This document shows positions 11,251 to 22,676 of a DNA stretch of 64,000 nucleotides, piece by piece (within the stretch, counting starts at the first letter, position 1; each line of letters begins with the position of its first letter). Made by a program: the position numbers and the translations under genes. The notes beneath the pieces are model-generated. The model ran no database searches and was not told the DNA's origin. It worked only from the letters and a program-made list of their open reading frames with translations. The stretch spans positions 1-64,000 of the forward strand of contig JAAILG010000163.1 in NCBI GenBank assembly GCA_012026655.1, written 5' to 3'. The stretch is from Hydrolagus affinis (lineage: Eukaryota).

Positions 11251-13046
11251 GAATATTGTGAAATCCATCAGCATAACTCCTAGCTTGGTCTACACAAACA
11301 CTTGTGCGGTAATCAGCTGTGAAGCATTTTGAAACATTGCAATGTGAAAAGCACTGTGTGTGTGTATGTGTGGGAGAGGGGTGCGTGGGTGTATTTTTTT
11401 TAAAAAGTGTTCTTTTTGAAGGCGGAAGTAATTACCAACGGGAACTGTTTTTTGGACGGTTTTGAATTGCTTATGAGGGAGAATAGGAAACTGACTCTCT
11501 TTGCCTGCATCAAAGCTGGTCAGGTTGTGAAAAAGCTGAAAGTCGATGCATGTTTTCAAACCCAGTTGCTCACATATTGCTCCCAATCCCCCATCGCCCA
11601 ATGTGGAAACCATCTTGTGTTTAATGGGTGCCAAGATAATCATAATTGTCATTTAAAATAAACTTGGAATATCATTATTACAGTGGCTCTGTTATTGCGA
11701 ATAACATTCTAACTTTGTATTTAGTCTGTAACTTCTCTGTAATTTTAAAATCTGGAGGTAAGTTTTGAAGTGCGTTGCCAAAGAAAGCAATGTAAAAGTA
11801 TACAGCTGCAGGTAATTTGAGGCAAGCTTTGCTATGGCTGGAAATACAGAGTAAACATGGATTTTATCCACAGTCAACAATGCTCTCAACTCTGTGCCAA
11901 GGAGGCTACTGAAATCCTGAAAATGTGCTGGGGGAAAGAAGGTATGAAAGAGCAGATGGCGATAATCAAGTCCATATAGCACGATTTTGACTTGCTCTTT
12001 TTTTTGTTGGAAGCAACATCACAAAAAAAAGATGTTTTTCTAATAGGGAAACTATAGAATCCAGGTCCCCCGAGTCTCAGCTGCCTAACTAATTCTGACA
12101 GGGCGATTACTATATTAGTTTTTCAAATGAAGAGCTTTCTTAATATTTGCTGAAGGGTTCCAGTTATTGGCACTTTCTTTTTTCTTTCTGTGTGTGTTGT
12201 TGAAATCTGTTGTTTTTTTTTCCCCTCTCTCTGCTTTCCGAGGTTCGCTCTCCATAGCTTGGCAGTACACATTGTCTGGAATTGTACAATTAACAGCTTC
12301 CTCCCGTGTGGTCGTGTTGAACAGTCACTCCCTGTGCGGGAGGTAATTGCACAGATGCTGCACAGTCTTTGTCCTGTTCGAAATAACTTGCAGAAGTGTG
12401 ACATTTGGAGAAAATAAAAAAAAATAGAAGGGGGTGGGGAGTGGGGTGGGGTGGGGGGTGGGGTGGGGGGTGGGGTGGTGGTGAGAGTGAGGGAGGCCTT
12501 GAGAACATACATATTTCTTTTAAATACATGTTTAACAGCTGTGCCAGGGCATTGACTTGTACGAGTTGGTCTATGTGCCATTCAACTGAGTTGATTTCCC
12601 CCCCCCACCCCCCCTACCCCATTTAGGTTTTAGTTGGAACAATACATACCATGAAGGGGAAACGTTAGGAAATAGATTTGGTAAAGTTGTGGAAACTAAT
12701 GGTTTGGATGAATTACGCTCGTGCAAACAATCCTGCGTTGGGTGGGAGCCAGGCAGAGTGTTGGTCGTGAGTACGCATATGGTAGAAGTCTGAAACAAGA
12801 GGCTGCTTTGCACATCTGTATTTCGTCTTTAGACCATCAATTATTTTGTACAATGTATGCAAGTTCCTCTTGATTCCTTCACTTTGTTTGAGGATTAAAA
12901 GGCTCAACTGTGTTCCTCAAGCCCTCGTCTTTGCCTGTGAGAGTTTTGGGGCTTTTAACAATTAGGCAGAATTGTGGAAAATTCTTAACCTTAGACACGG
13001 TTTGGAAGCAGTCTTCCAAATTAGAATTCGACTTGATAGGTTTACA

Positions 13047-13090
13047 ATAATAACAGTAGTAATAATAATCCTTGCATTTGATATACGCTG
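13047..13090 (-). mobile_element. SINE A tail fragment
   Basis: aataataatccttgcatttgatatacgct. Confidence 0.7.
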
Positions 13091-13163
13091 GAAGCTTAAA
13101 TGGTAATCTTAAACAGTAGTGCACTATGTTTTTTTTTAACAGCTTAAGAGAGGATGACACTTC

Positions 13164-13200
13164 AGTCCTGATGAAGGGTTGTAGACTTGAAACGTTGACT
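13164..13200 (+). ncRNA. Minimal type I hammerhead ribozyme motif (Penelope type, probably decayed)
   Basis: Stem I AGTC(13164-67)/GACT(13197-200); CTGATGA core 13168-74; extra A; stem II GGGT/ACTT around TGTAG; GAAA 13189-92; loop-less palindromic stem III AC|GT; cleavage triplet GUU. Confidence 0.65.
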
Positions 13201-13298
13201 CTTTTTCCTTTCTCCATGGATGCTGCTTGACCTGCTGAGTTTCCCCAGCAACCTTTGTTTTTGTTTCAGATTCCCAGCATCTGTAGTATTTTGTGTTT
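13166..13298 (+). mobile_element. Short Penelope-like-element-derived insertion with 11-bp TSD
   Basis: Flanked by exact TGACACTTCAG at 13155-13165 and 13299-13309; body resembles a common chondrichthyan repeat (ctgatgaagggt..gaaacgt..gatgctgc.tgacctgctgagtt..ccagca..ccagcatctg). Confidence 0.75.
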
Positions 13299-13536
13299 TG
13301 ACACTTCAGGGCTCTGGTTATACAGAACAGGAGATTGTGGGCAAGGAAGCAACGCGCTGTGACATGTAACAAAGTTCACACTAGGTGGATGACACCAATG
13401 GGTGTACGACGACGGAATGAAGCGAAATAAGTTGTGGGAGCGCTATCTCCACACACAGCAACTGAAACAAGTGGAAACCTGGCAACACACCTCAAAGCAA
13501 TAAATGCTCAACTTGCTGAGTATCTCCCATATCCAT

Positions 13537-14170
13537 TTGGTAGCACTCGCCATAAGTCAGAAGGTTGTGGGTTCATGTCCCAAATTGGGATTTTAAACCC
13601 ACACAGTTGAAGTCGATACTCCAGTGTTGTGCTGGGGGGAGAGCTACATTTGTCAACCTTCAGATTACACGTTAAATCGAGGTCTTGTCTGCCTATTCAG
13701 GCAGGCATTCAGGCATTAAAGATGGCATTATTTAATAAGAAGAATGGCATTATTTAATAAGGAGAATAATAAGAATATTCCTTGCATTTGATATAGCACT
13801 TTTCACATCTTATCGATGTCTCGAAGTGCTTCACAGAATACACTGTAAAGTGAATTGACTGTATATTTGTGGGTGAAACGCGGCAATCAATTGCGCACAG
13901 CAGCGTCCCACAAACAGTCGTGGATTGAAAATGACAAAAAAAATATTATTGTGTTTTTTGTGTTTTTTTTGCAAAGAGAAGGGAGTTTCTCCTCTTGTCC
14001 TGACTGACATTCCCTCGGATAAAGTTGGTCACTCGCTTTGTAGCTGTTTGTGTGACGTTGCCAAATTGGCTGCCAATTTGCTGACAGTCACTACACTTAA
14101 CGGTGAATCCTGCGAAGCATTTTGAGATGTCCTCCTGACGTGAAGGTTGCTGCAATGAATGAAAAGATTT
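13537..14170 (+). mobile_element. Old Deu-domain SINE split by antisense SINE A
   Basis: Head ggtagcactcgcc..agtcagaaggttgtgggttca; Deu ctccagtg..cgttaaatcgaggtc; resumes ~13972 agagaagggagtttctcc..gctgtttgtg..aaattggctgcc..gagatgtcctcctgacgtgaagg. Confidence 0.8.
13764..13936 (-). mobile_element. SINE A core plus tail
   Basis: ccttgcatttgatatagcac..aagtgcttcacagaata..gtgaattgactgtatatttgtgggtgaaacgcggc..cccacaaacagtcgtggattgaaaatgac. Confidence 0.9.
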
Positions 14171-14880
14171 ATATTTATCCCAAGAAACAGTTAAAAAAAA
14201 AAAAAAAACAGGGTCTGTTTGACAACAAGTACAGGGTAGAAAAAGAAATGATGTGCACAGTACACTCTAAACATATTGCAGACAGTTAAATTATAGCCCC
14301 ATTTAAAAAAAAACACATACACACACTCACACACAAATCTATCGGGATATAGAGGAGCAATATGGCACTTATTCCCAGGGGGTGTTTTTACCTAGTGATT
14401 GCAGACACATTTTTAAACAGCTTGAATAATTGCTCAAATGTGTTGCCCAACTGTGCCCTGATATTTGATTGACAGCCGTTGGTGAGTCTAATCATCAACA
14501 GATGAATTTTACCGCAGTGAATAATTGCTGTCGAAATGAAAGTGATTTGTTCTATTCTGCTACAAAGGCCCTAAAACAGTTTGGATTTAGGAGAGACGAT
14601 GCTCACTTCAAAGCCTGACTCGGGTTGAATTGAACCTTTACGCAGAAAATATAGTGTCGATCAGTTGTTTTGGTGGAATTGACTGTTTATTCAGTATTTA
14701 AGTTGAATTTATTTTAGGTCCCAAGCATGCAACATCTTTCAGTACATTGAGGGTTTAACTTTAAGCCTAGATTCAAGGCTCTAGCCATTTCCTCATTTCA
14801 AGGGTTGAGATTCACAGGCTGTTTGCATAGCGTAAGTGACAAGCTCTTGATGGCTGTAAAGTGCCTATTTGATTTTGACT

Positions 14881-15140
14881 CAACAACAGCAACAAAATTA
14901 CATTTGTATAGTGTACATCAGGAGGATGTCCCAAGTCAGTGTATCAGACCCATGCTGGGATTTGGGAGAATGGAAGGAGTGGAAGGAAGGGAGGGGAATG
15001 CGGGTGACCGATGGCAGGGTCGAAGCGAAGGGTCTTGAGGTGGGACTTGAAGGAGACTAGGGAGGGGTCGAAGCGGAGGGATTGCAGGATGGAATTCCAA
15101 TGGTTGGGGGCAGAGTGGCTGAAGGCTCCCCTGCCGACTC
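14881..15140 (-). mobile_element. L2 LINE 3' end (RT C-terminus plus UTR)
   Basis: Minus-frame GRGAFSHSAPNHWNSILQSLRFDPSLVSFKSHLKT matches the L2 ORF2 terminal motif G.RAFS..AP..WNSLP..LR....L..FK..LKT; ends in (gtt)n. Confidence 0.85.
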
Positions 15141-15151
15141 CATTGAGTTCC

Positions 15152-15208
15152 ACAACAACAACAGCAAAATTACATTTATGGAAAGCCTTCCACATCGGGA
15201 GGACGTCA
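15152..15208 (-). mobile_element. Additional L2 tail
   Basis: caacaacaacagcaaaattacatttatggaaagccttccacatcgggaggacgtc. Confidence 0.7.
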
Positions 15209-15224
15209 ACAACCATGGGTGCAA

Positions 15225-15370
15225 GGCGGCCTTGAAGAGATGTGGAGAGGCGATCAAGTTCACCAGATAGACATCTGAAAAGGAGCTCTTTCAAGGATGT
15301 GGGGGATAACAAGGCTGAATAGATTGCTCATTCAAAAGACCAGCATGGACATGATGGGCCAAATGGGCTG
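15225..15370 (+). mobile_element. CR1-type 3' end, decayed
   Basis: agattgctcattcaaaagaccagcatggacatgatgggccaaatgg resembles the shark CR1 3' tail. Confidence 0.55.
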
Positions 15371-15411
15371 AGCACATGTTTTGGCTCAATCATTGGTTTG
15401 TTCAAAACGAC

Positions 15412-15722
15412 AAATAATAATAATCCTTGCATTGGATATAGTGCTTTTCACGTCTTCTAGACGTCTCAAAGCGCTTCACAGAATATACTGTAAAGTGAAT
15501 TGACTGTTTATTTGTGGGTGAAACGCTGCAGCCAATTGGGCACAGCAGTGTCCCACAAACAGTCGTGGATTGAAAATGACTTATTATTGCGTGCTTTTTT
15601 AACGGATCATTATTAGGCATGTGGAGTCAGGAAACTTGCACGAGGTTTCGCCCTGATCTGCGTGGATTCGAACGCAGTTTTCACGCTTGTGAGGCGAGTG
15701 CTTTAACCACTGAGCTCCAGGA
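15412..15722 (-). mobile_element. Full-length SINE A (short variant)
   Basis: Tail, core and tRNA-Val-like head (gagctcagtggttaaagcactcgcctcacaagcg..gttcgaatcc on minus). Confidence 0.9.
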
Positions 15723-15799
15723 CAACATAACTGGCGTCTGAGGATTTGGGGATTTCCTAAATCAACATATCAGTGTATCTATATCAAGCCACACTGACC

Positions 15800-16082
15800 C
15801 GTCTCCTTCCTTTTCTCAGCAAACTTTATCGCTCTTTGTAACCGCTGACCTATCCTCCCCACCGTTGATGGGCAGTTTTTCAGCCATTTTGCCTCCACTC
15901 TCTGGAATTCCAACTCGCTGACTCTCTTTCCTCCCCTCCTTCAAAGCCTCTATCAAGACGTAATCTCTTTGACCACACTTTCGGTCAAAGTTCCCCACAC
16001 CAGCTTTGCTGCCCAGCCAGGATTTAGCAGGGGCTTTGAGATCTCCCCCTGATGTGAAAGGAACAGTAAATGTAATCTGTAG
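15800..16082 (+). mobile_element. L2 LINE 3' end, decayed
   Basis: ccaccgttgatgggcagtttttcagcc..ctctggaattccc..ccttcaaagcc..ctctttgacc..gctttgagatctccccctgatgtgaaagg. Confidence 0.75.
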
Positions 16083-16699
16083 TGCACCTGGCGGTTTAGG
16101 TGACCCAGACCAGATGGAAAGTCCAAGTCAAACTATTTCAAATATCCTCGTTTCCAGTGCTGACCAAATACCCTCAGCATGAAGGGAATTTCAAAGAGAC
16201 CTTTATAACTTCATAGTTCACGTATATCCCAATTGTTGGCAGAAGTTTTGAAGATTTGGCAGGAAAGACTTGACTGTTATTGGTGCATGTTGGTCAGTTT
16301 TGCCTGAAGAAGATAGATGTTCACTGCGCGCATGATTCATGCAAACAATTTTATTGTCAGCTGCTGTACTATTAATGTCTCACCCAGCATCACTTCAAAG
16401 ACTGTACAGTTTCCATTTGGTCCCATTCCATCGAGTACATAGTGGAGCCTTGGAATCCCTACTGATTTATACTTTGACTTTCCCCCAAGGTTGCTCACCA
16501 AAGCCTTTGCTCAGGGCCAACTTTATTGGGTGAATATCCTATCAATCTTAGGTTTATGAGTGGAGAACGAAAATAAACTTGCCCGAGTTGTGGATCTCTT
16601 TGCTCGTTGTTTATTGCGATGATTCTATATTTTAAGGTACTTTGTTGCTTTTCAGCATTTTAGTATTTCCTGTGTAAAATCTATTCCATGCCTCGTTGA

Positions 16700-16893
16700 A
16701 CACCACTTCTCATTCAATTGCCCCCTCCCTTCCCACCTTCAAATCCTCCCGAAAGTGTTTCCTTTTTGATCGTGTGTATGGTCACCTTCCCCTACCTCTC
16801 CCCTTGGCTCTGTGTCAGACACCGCCACTGTGAAGCCCTCTTCCATTGTGAAGGATGCTGTATAAATATAACTTAATGTCGTCGTTGTTGTTG
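16700..16893 (+). mobile_element. L2 LINE 3' end, decayed
   Basis: ccttcaaatcctcccgaaa..tttttgatcgtg..ggtcaccttccc..gtgaaggatgctgtataaat..(gtt)n. Confidence 0.65.
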
Positions 16894-16944
16894 TAGTAGT
16901 GTGTGTGTGTGAGAAAGAGAGACGTGGAGGTATTCATTTCTCAT

Positions 16945-17050
16945 TAAGAATCCTTTCTTCAGCCACAGAGTTGAAATTGGAATATGCCAACATGGGTGAT
17001 GTAGAAACACTTGAATCTATTTAGTTTAAGAGAATTCAGATAAACTCATT
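16945..17050 (+). mobile_element. CR1 ORF2 C-terminal relic
   Basis: ttcttcagccacagagttg..tggaat..tttaagagaattcagat resembles FFSQRVV..WN.LP..FK..LD. Confidence 0.45.
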
Positions 17051-18481
17051 TTACCGCTGGGACATGCCCATCTTCCTATGCTGGATTTAAATGAAGAAGT
17101 ATAATTTATTTCTGTGCAATTGTATATCTCATTTTATATAATCAGTTGTACTCTGAGTGAGCAATGCTTACGTTTATATCACTAATGGTCTATCGTAATA
17201 AAACGCTAGGCAGAATTTTATTTCAGTGGGGCATTAAAATTCAGTGTGAATTGTGTATTTAGCTTCAATCAAGTCTCCAACCTATACCAAAACTCGTAAA
17301 GCTCCTATTATTCTCTCCTTCCGAAATTGCAATGATTTGCATGCAAGCTGGTAATATGCTTTCCTAGGATTTAACAATTTATCAAATATGTTAATTCACC
17401 AATGAAGGAGAAATGAAATTAGTCTGGCAATGCGCAACTGTCATTAAAAATGTAATCAAACATAAAATGAGATCAGTAAGAGTTTATCTGGTTTTGGAGC
17501 AAAAAGACATTCTGTCTGACAGAAGATTTAATAGACAGGATGTTAATTCAGTTCGTCTGTAACAGAATTCCTTCAGGCAAAAAAAAACTGTTTATCTGAC
17601 AGCTATTGTAAGCCCAGCTAATTTTTTACACTGCTTTTTAATAGTCAAGCCTTATCATTTATTCTAAGGGTTGGTTGAATGGGGGCTTAAGACGTTTCAC
17701 CTCAGACATTTCTCTGTACAGAAATTCATTTGCATGGTAAATATTCTTATAAATGAGAGGATGCTTATGCTGGAATTACTAACCCCCACCTTCCAACACA
17801 CACACACACACACACACACAGCAACTTAACTCAGTAGTAAGACTGGCAGATATAATTTTACTGACAAGTTTGGGGGTTTTCTGTGCTGTACATTTCTGAA
17901 GTAATGAAATAATCAATACCAAAAATCAAAGGAGAAAGAAAGCCTACCTTAAAGCTAAACTAGAATTTATTTTGGGGTGGTCGAGGTTGATTCCAGAGAT
18001 TAAGTTCTTCAGTGCCTCCACTTCACTTTGAATGCTATTCTGGTATTCAGCAAGTATGAATCTAACTGCGGCATAGAGACGTTTGTGTAAAAGCTGATTC
18101 TCAATGGACTTATTGCAGGAATACAATAAGATCAAAATCGTTTCACGAAGCAACAAAAATGTGCAGCGTTGTCTGTGTTATGTGCAGCAATGTATAAGCA
18201 AACATTTGTACATTCAGGATCTTGCCTTCTGGAATTATTAAAGTGTAACTCCTAACGTAATTGATTGTAAAGGGTATTTCATGTTGGAAGTTTCAGTGAT
18301 ACTTAAGTTCATTGAATTCCTTGCTCTGAATGGTTTAGTGCATGAACAGAAACTGCCTAATGTTGAGGTAAATAGTGATGGAAAATCCGACTTGACTTTG
18401 CTGATGTGTAATGTAATTGCATTTTAACACTGACTGCTACTTTCTGAATTGTAAGTTTGATACATCTTTAAAGTAAACTTG

Positions 18482-18572
18482 CAGTCACTACACTTCACAG
18501 TAAAATCACGTCAAGCTCTTTGAGACATGTGGCAGACGTGGTCAGGTGAACTTCAACTGCAATTATTACTAT
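18482..18572 (+). mobile_element. SINE tail fragment
   Basis: cagtcactacacttcacagt..gctctttgagacatgtggcagacgtgg. Confidence 0.55.
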
Positions 18573-19821
18573 AAATCTCTTCATACATACAAAGAACGAA
18601 TAAGTGAGTTTGTCAGCAAATCAGTTTCAAAAGTCACCAAGGATTGAAAATATATGCCTTTATGTGTATGTCTTTCTTTTAACTGTCCTATTGTAAATTG
18701 TTGTTTAACAATAAGACAATATAGAGAGATGTAATAGAGAGAGATGGATGGTGGACCATACCTTTTCAATTAGAAATTGTTTACATTCCATCCCTCCTTG
18801 TCTTTTTCAGAGATTTTGTTTTGGTTTCTCAGCTGCATCTGAAGATGACTTTATTTGAACAGGGGTGGGTAGGGTGGGGAGAATTTAATGCAGCAATTGT
18901 TAAGAAGAGGCTTTTAGTCAATGGAAGTAATTCAACCCAAATTATAATTGTGTTTTGTTCCTTTTGGAGAGAGGTTTAGAAGCCCTGCAATTATCTGGAA
19001 AAGCAACTCCCTCACCCATAGAAAAGTGCATCACAGTTCATTACATGGGGGTGGCTCTGATTGTTTCTCACCTTTAAAAAATAAATGGTCTTTTCAGATG
19101 CTAATCAGTCCTTGCAGTGTTATCTGACTCGTTCTCCAGTTATTTGACTTAATAATTTATGGAGTGAATTGAGTTATAATTTTACTGTGTCAGAGTAAGT
19201 TGTAATTATACTAATGCTACGTTTGAATTATTTACAAAAAGATGAGTTGATGGTTATAATAACACCATGCCTTTTTGCCTTTTCCTTAAACTGAACCTTT
19301 TTTAAAAAAAAAGAATAAAAAGCTTATGGAAACACAAAGGAGACATCAAACCATTAAGGACATGCTGGCAGAAATTGTGCAGTGCTTCAGTAAATTTCTT
19401 TTGCACCCAAGAGTTTTTCTTCTCTCTCTCTGGAAATCAGTCCAGTTTTCCTTTGCTCTTGACTTTAATTTTATGCCAAGGTTTTGAAAGGTGTATATTT
19501 ATTAAAAGTTGTGGTATTGTAAAATTGATAATTCTACATACATACATTGTATATTTCGGTCAATTAAACAGCAAAATTATTGACATTTTATGAGGAATTC
19601 ACCAAGAATCACTCGCGTCCTGTGATCTTTTTCGAGCAGCTTTTTTTTTCGCACACTGGGGACCAGTAATGTTACTGAGATATTGACTTTGGTTTGGGGA
19701 ATATGCCTAGAGTGTTGTCTAACATTTAGAGGGATGCCAAGCATGTGCATCAAGATGCCTTAAACCATCCTAACGGAACAAACCATGTTTACTCAGCATG
19801 ATTCTTCACATATAAAACACT

Positions 19822-20420
19822 TCAGCTATATCCTTCTCCACGGATGTGATCATCTTGCCAATGACTTCTTGAGGTATGTTTCACTGAGGTTTGGATGGGC
19901 AGCCATCCAGCTGGCTGAAGTCCATCTCCATAGTGAACCTGACCTAGGGTGAACCTTCCTGGAAGCCAACAGCAAATCCATTCCTGAGATCTGCCAGCTC
20001 TGTCCTCAGAACACATGCTATGTGACTCAGTAGAGGTTTCAGAAATGATTTTCCAGAAACCATCAAAAAGGGTGCTTTGTGGTCCAATATCATCGAGTAT
20101 TCTCCAACCTCCCCTCTGCTGCCTGATGAGTGGGCTCTTGCCCTCAGGGCCTACCCGCAAACATCTAAACAAATTCGGAGTTGGCCTTGTGCTTTCTTGC
20201 AGGCAAGAGGTGAAGTACAGTGGGTGAATCATTGTACTGTATGTAGTTTCATGCAACTTGCAACGCAATTTTGGTAGAGGGTTGGGAGCACTTGCTGGGA
20301 TGCAGATGATGCAATCTTTGCAAGTTCGGAAAAAGTTGCAAGATGAAATGTAAAGTGTTGATGAGCCCAGCTCTCCACTGGAGCCTTGTCACGTTTTGTT
20401 GTTTCCCACCTTCGTGAAAC
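19822..20420 (-). pseudogene. Highly decayed IS630-Tc1-mariner-type transposase relic
   Basis: Colinear minus-strand peptide pieces across frameshifts: KD..LHPSK (~KDL.LHPYK), LYFTS (~I.FSDE), DIGP..LFDG (~IGP.FF.G), EDRA..QEWICCWLPGRF (~QQDGA..Q.WL...PGR), SP..MDFS (~SPDL.P.DF), NIPQEVIGKMITSV (~IP...I...I.S). Confidence 0.5.
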
Positions 20421-20935
20421 TTCTTTTTGATTACAAATCACAGTAGTTGGCTGTTGCACCTCTTTTAGCTATTTAAAAAAAATTAAAATAAATATCGATT
20501 TAGAGTATAGGTTTTTTGTTGCCAGCAAAACTGGGAGAGTGGTCTTGTTTTTTAAAAGAATTATAACATATAAATGAAATCACTCCAGTGAGTGAGTGTG
20601 TGTGTGGAAGCAAGCATCATGGGGTATCTAAATAAAAGCATTTTGTGGACTTTCTGAAGTAACTCGCCTACTGTTTGTGAACCAAAGCTAGCCGAAAAAT
20701 AGAACTAAAACTGAAAGGAGCGTGGAGCGTTGCTGTAAATATTTTCCTCTCTCTTAACTTTCCTCACTTCGTTCAGATGTTCAGTAATTTTTGAAGTGGA
20801 AATGCTAATAAGCTTTAGTGAGTTACTTTCATGTGCTTCCTGTGTCTTTTCATATTTCATTCTCCTTCTGCACCATGATACTAAAAAGAAACTTTTGACC
20901 TCATTTTCCAAACAAAGAAGTGATAGAAGTCATAC

Positions 20936-21056
20936 CACGTGTACAGTTGTGTGTGAAAGCTGTTAAATTTTTAATACAAAGTTCATTTGTCCATCCGATT
21001 GATGCAATTGATGTTCATCGCCTTCGCCCCAGGATACAGGTTAATAACCCTCTAAC
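20936..21056 (-). other. Candidate non-coding (5'UTR) exon, 121 nt
   Basis: Minus strand: branch-like ctttaat plus T-tract plus cacag|GTTAGAG acceptor and GTG|gtatga donor; stops in all three frames. Confidence 0.35.
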
Positions 21057-22289
21057 CTGTGAAAAAAAAAGGATTAAAGCGAACCACCCTGTGGTTTAGG
21101 TGATTGTTAGTATTATTTTATTGCAAAAGAAAAGGGGGGGATTTATTTTTCTTTCTATGGATTTTGACTGGGACTGAAGCTTTATCACTTGATCGCTGCA
21201 CCTATGTCACACATTTCACTGATTTTAAAATAACTCGCATTTTCAGGCATGAAAACGAAGAAATTTAAACTGGACAATATTACCCTATAACCATTTTCTT
21301 GCTTTGCCTTGCCTTTGGCTTTTGGGGAGTATCTTGTAGTATTTGGTGGGTGGAGGGGGTGGATTACCCCATGTGTTGAGGATAAAGGTAGTTTCAGAGA
21401 GTGAGTAAGGAAGGATGCCTGTTAAGCCAGCCTGTCTGATGATGGTTCCTGGCTTCACACCGGTGATAATTATGAGAAAAATATCAGTGTTGAGAAAGAG
21501 GAAAGTTGATAAATTCGGCAGGTTAATGGGTTTCAATACGTACTTTAGTTGTTTTACACCGAAGGCAATTTGGTGGCACAGTGAGTTTTGGAATACTCAC
21601 TCTTCACCTCTTTCGGTTTGGATTCAACTATAACCTGACCCAGCGAGTTGAACTAAGTCTCTTCTGTCTATAAACTCTAACAGCACTTAATGGGAGCAAT
21701 AAGGAGCCAAATTATCCATTAATGTGCCTCCTTACAGCCACTGTAATTTTGTTACTAAGTGTAACCACACAGACATTGAGGCACAAATCTCAATTAAACC
21801 TCCTGTTTCACCCACAAGTTTCTGCGCCACACACAGTAGTTGGATTGAAAAAATCTTTAAAGGCGATTCATGCAGCTTTTATCCAATTCCTATTAGCTGC
21901 AACCCTGCAAAACAGGTCTGTCGAGATTATACACTAATTGGTATTAGATTAAAAACCACAGGCCACGCGGATGTCAATTGCAAGCAATGGAAAATTCATG
22001 CGGGAGCTATCTTTTGAGGTTGCATCTCAACACAGAGTTGAAGTTAGCTCTCTGGAACTATCAGTATTCAGTGTCTGATCTGAGCTGCAAAATATGTTTT
22101 GTGTTTGTAAATGCTAATGATTAGTCTCACTGGTGAGCAGAATCATCTGTCCAGGAAAAACGAATAAAGCATTGTCAAGCCGTGATACCTGGATTTTTTA
22201 AGATCCTTAACTTTTTCCCCCCACGTGTTTGGTATTTGATTGCCAAAAGATACATTGCGCTTGTCAGAATTGTCAGAATTATTTATTTC

Positions 22290-22676
22290 AGAGTACCGTA
22301 GTGTAATGGTTAGCGCGCAAGCAAGAGAACTCAGGTTGGATTCCCGGGGTGGGGCAAAACCTTACACAAGTGTTTTTTTTCACTGTACACATTGCTGTTT
22401 ACCTAGCAGTAAGTAGGAACCCGATTGTTTTTCAATCATTTTCCAGGGGTAAAATTCCACCCCCCCAGCCCCCCACCCTCCCCACCTAAAAAATACTATA
22501 GTTACTCAATCCACAATTGTTTAGGGCACTGCCGTTTGCAAATGGTTGCTGCTTTGTACCCACAAAATACATGGTCAATTCACTTTACAGTATATTCTGT
22601 GAAACGCTTTGAGACGTCTCAACAATGTAATAAGGTACTACATCAAAGGTTAAAAAAAAAATTACTATTATTATTG
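22290..22676 (+). mobile_element. Full-length SINE A (long variant)
   Basis: ccgtagtgtaatggttagc head, tgctgtttacctagcagtaagtaggaacc segment, core, and tail gtgaaacgctttgagacgtctc. Confidence 0.85.

Noticed and set aside
20122-20165. Second hammerhead (CTGATGA plus GTGGGC/GCCTAC stem)
   Set aside because: No GAAA after the stem (ccgcaaac) and no closing stem I; lies within the transposase relic
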